NCBI GenBank assembly: GCA_902543855.1
Contig: CACBZW010000001.1
Coordinates: 8,979-72,978, forward strand
Source of the DNA: an uncultured Alphaproteobacteria bacterium
GTDB lineage: Bacteria > Pseudomonadota > Alphaproteobacteria > HIMB59
Length of the DNA: 64,000 nucleotides
Direction of reading: 5' to 3'
Part shown: piece after piece, positions 61,718 to 64,000 of the stretch
How the letters are laid out: every line of letters begins with the position of its first letter
How positions within the stretch are numbered: the stretch's first letter is position 1
The notes under the pieces: model-generated
Seen by the model: only the letters and a program-made list of their open reading frames with translations
The model's database searches: none
Told to the model about the DNA's origin: nothing
Position numbers and translations under genes: made by a program

Positions 61718-62485
61718 ATGTTTCAAGAATTATTTTTAAATTTATCAAATAACTTAAATAACTCTTCAGTTGTAATTATCTGGTTATTTCAAATCATATT
61801 TTGTTATTTTTCAATTTTACTCTCACTTAAGTTCTTCGGAAAGACAGGTATTTATGTATATGTAGCGATTGCAATCATATTAGCTAATATTCAAGTTCTT
61901 AAAGTTGTAGACTTTCCTTTCTTTCCTGAACCTATGGCCCTAGGTACTGTTTTGTTTATTTCTATATTTCTTTGTACTGACATATTGAATGAATATTTTG
62001 ATAAAAAATCTGCAACTAAATGTATATACCTTGGTATCGCAGCATACTTATTTTCAACCGTACTTATGTTTTTAACAATATCTATGGCTCCAATTAATCC
62101 TGATGAGCATCCTGCATGGTCTTGGAGCTATGGTATGCATGAGTCAATTATGACTATCTTCCTACCACAGTTCCCAATAATAGTTGGAAGTATTTGTGCT
62201 TTTTTTATAAGTCAAAAAATTGATATTTTTATATTTTCTTATTTAAAAAATAAAAATACTAACCTTTGGTTTAGAAATAATGCATCAACAATTGTATCGC
62301 AATTTATTGATAATATTATATTTAGTGTTCTTGCATTTAATATCTTATCTTCTAACCCAGTGCCTTTATTTGATCTAATTATTTCTTATGGAATAGGTAT
62401 TTATTTACTTAGAATTCTATTAAGTTTATTTGACACAATCTTTATATATTTAGCGAAGATCTTTTTGCCACCTAAATTTGACTAA
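61718..62485 (+). CDS. yhhQ: Queuosine precursor transporter (YhhQ/VUT family)
   Basis: ANIQVLK; TDILNE; WFRNNAST; SQFIDN; overlaps tgt. Confidence 0.88.
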   Translation: MFQELFLNLSNNLNNSSVVIIWLFQIIFCYFSILLSLKFFGKTGIYVYVAIAIILANIQVLKVVDFPFFPEPMALGTVLFISIFLCTDILNEYFDKKSATKCIYLGIAAYLFSTVLMFLTISMAPINPDEHPAWSWSYGMHESIMTIFLPQFPIIVGSICAFFISQKIDIFIFSYLKNKNTNLWFRNNASTIVSQFIDNIIFSVLAFNILSSNPVPLFDLIISYGIGIYLLRILLSLFDTIFIYLAKIFLPPKFD

Positions 62486-63680
62486 TTTTTTTCAAGTAAA
62501 AAAAAAGTCAAAATTATCAAATGCTCGACTTGGATTAATTAATACAGCACATGGTAAAATTAATACACCTTCATTTATTTTTTGTGGTACCAAGGCCACT
62601 GTTAAATCTGTACTCCCCTCTCAATTAAAATTAGCTAGAACACAAATTATTCTTTCAAACACATACCATTTAATGCTTCAACCAGGTCCAGAGGTCATAT
62701 CAAAAGAAGGGGGTTTACAGAGTTTTACTGATTGGAATGGACCTATGATGACTGATAGTGGGGGATATCAGATATTTTCACTAGGATATGGGTCAGTTTC
62801 AGAGGAAATTAAAGGAAAAAACAATAATGCAAAGAGAAAATCTCTCATAAAAATAACTGAGGATGGTGCATCATTTAGAAATTATATAAATGGAGATAAA
62901 GTATTTTTATCACCTGAGAGATCAATTGAATTACAACGTGAATTTGGCGCTGATCTGATTTTTGTCTTAGATGAATGTACGCCCTTTAATGTCTCAAAAA
63001 AATATACAGAAAAGTCTATGTACATGAGTCATCGCTGGGCAGCAAGATGTAAAAATTCTTTTGACTCAAAATTTAAAAAGTATAACTCAACCTTTGGTTC
63101 CTCAGGAAAACAGTCACTATATGGTATTATACAAGGTGGTGTTTATGAGGATTTAAGAAAGATCGCATGTGAAGAAACATGCTCAAAAAATTTTGATGGA
63201 CTTGCAATAGGTGGCTCTTTGGGGAGTACAAAAAATCAGATGTACGATATCTTTTCTATCTGTGAAAATTATATAGATAAATCAAAACCTATTCATATTC
63301 TAGGAATTGGAGGACTAGATGATATTTTGCATGGTGTAAGTTCTGGATATGACACATTTGATTGTGTATCACCTACAAGGATTGCTAGACATGGTATTAT
63401 GATGTCAAAACTAAGTAGTAAAGGAATTAATTTAAACAACTCAAAATTTAAAGACGATCATTCTAGTATTGATGAAGGATGTGAATTACAGGAAATAAAT
63501 AAATTTTCAAAATCTTATATACATCATTTGTTTAAAGCTAATGAGATGCTAGGTATGACCATTTTATCAATATATAATATTTGGTTTATGAATAAGTTTT
63601 TTGAAGAAATAAGATCATCTATAAATGAGGATAGATTTGAAGAGTATAAGAATAAAATTTTGTCTAATTTAGTCGAATAA
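62478..63680 (+). CDS. tgt: tRNA-guanine transglycosylase
   Basis: NTYHL; TDSGGYQ; LDECT; GIIQGG; DTFDCV. Confidence 0.95.
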   Translation: MTNFFQVKKKSKLSNARLGLINTAHGKINTPSFIFCGTKATVKSVLPSQLKLARTQIILSNTYHLMLQPGPEVISKEGGLQSFTDWNGPMMTDSGGYQIFSLGYGSVSEEIKGKNNNAKRKSLIKITEDGASFRNYINGDKVFLSPERSIELQREFGADLIFVLDECTPFNVSKKYTEKSMYMSHRWAARCKNSFDSKFKKYNSTFGSSGKQSLYGIIQGGVYEDLRKIACEETCSKNFDGLAIGGSLGSTKNQMYDIFSICENYIDKSKPIHILGIGGLDDILHGVSSGYDTFDCVSPTRIARHGIMMSKLSSKGINLNNSKFKDDHSSIDEGCELQEINKFSKSYIHHLFKANEMLGMTILSIYNIWFMNKFFEEIRSSINEDRFEEYKNKILSNLVE

Positions 63681-64000
63681 TGACTCTATCTTTTCAAACA
63701 TAATTCCACCTAACTCTTCTACATCATGAATGGTAATTGCTTTACTGTAATACTGACCTACGTTATGACCTATACCTATTGCCAATAGTTCAATATTTGA
63801 TTTCTCTTCAATTGCAAGAATCGTGCTTTTTAGATGTTTTTCTAAATAATTACTGTTGTTTACTGATAGTGTTGAGTCATCTACAGGTGCGCCATCAGAT
63901 ATAACAATTAGTATTTTTCTACTTTCAGGCCTTTTCGAAATTCTAGAACTAGCCCAAAGAAGTGCTTCGCCATCAATATTTTCTTTTAAAAGACCCTCTT
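63669..64000 (-). CDS. cobT: Cobaltochelatase CobT-like protein, C-terminal VWA part (5' part outside the window)
   Basis: Manual translation [16 protein letters not shown]...[15 protein letters not shown]...AIGIGH. Confidence 0.88.
   Translation of the reverse strand, partial: EGLLKENIDGEALLWASSRISKRPESRKILIVISDGAPVDDSTLSVNNSNYLEKHLKSTILAIEEKSNIELLAIGIGHNVGQYYSKAITIHDVEELGGIMFEKIESLFD

Overview
A gene-dense, very AT-rich 64 kb region of a streamlined alphaproteobacterial chromosome, probably marine and SAR11/HIMB59-like. That placement is inferred from the two-piece tmRNA, class I LysRS, cobT and minimal intergenic DNA. Most of the window is core genome: clpB, murA-hisG-hisD-infA-rng, thyX, hflKC-degP-miaA-ilvBNC-leuA-mreBCD-mrdA-rodA, purEK, pyrC/pyrD, lysS, rpmB, yhhQ-tgt. 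The most interesting features are five. (1) A 4.8 kb element is integrated in tRNA-Thr(GGT), with 66 bp att repeats and tandem arm-type sites. It encodes only a tyrosine integrase, a family-A-polymerase/T7-RNAP-like protein, a T7 gp2.5-like SSB lacking the terminal acidic-Phe tail, a degenerate GIY-YIG-like protein and one unknown ORF, which suggests a minimal satellite of T7-like phages. (2) An integrase-less 1.37 kb single-gene islet sits at the 3' end of the permuted tmRNA and has its own att core and CTTCGTAG arm-like repeats. (3) An unannotated 26-aa, 9-Cys metallothionein-like ORF. (4) A candidate ~105 nt structured sRNA. (5) Core-gene oddities: an alpha2-type GlyRS at the usual glyQ-glyS position, a TGT with a GGSLG pocket and no Zn ligands, and apt/panB with overlapping divergent start codons. 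All family calls come from reading motifs by eye; no searches were run.
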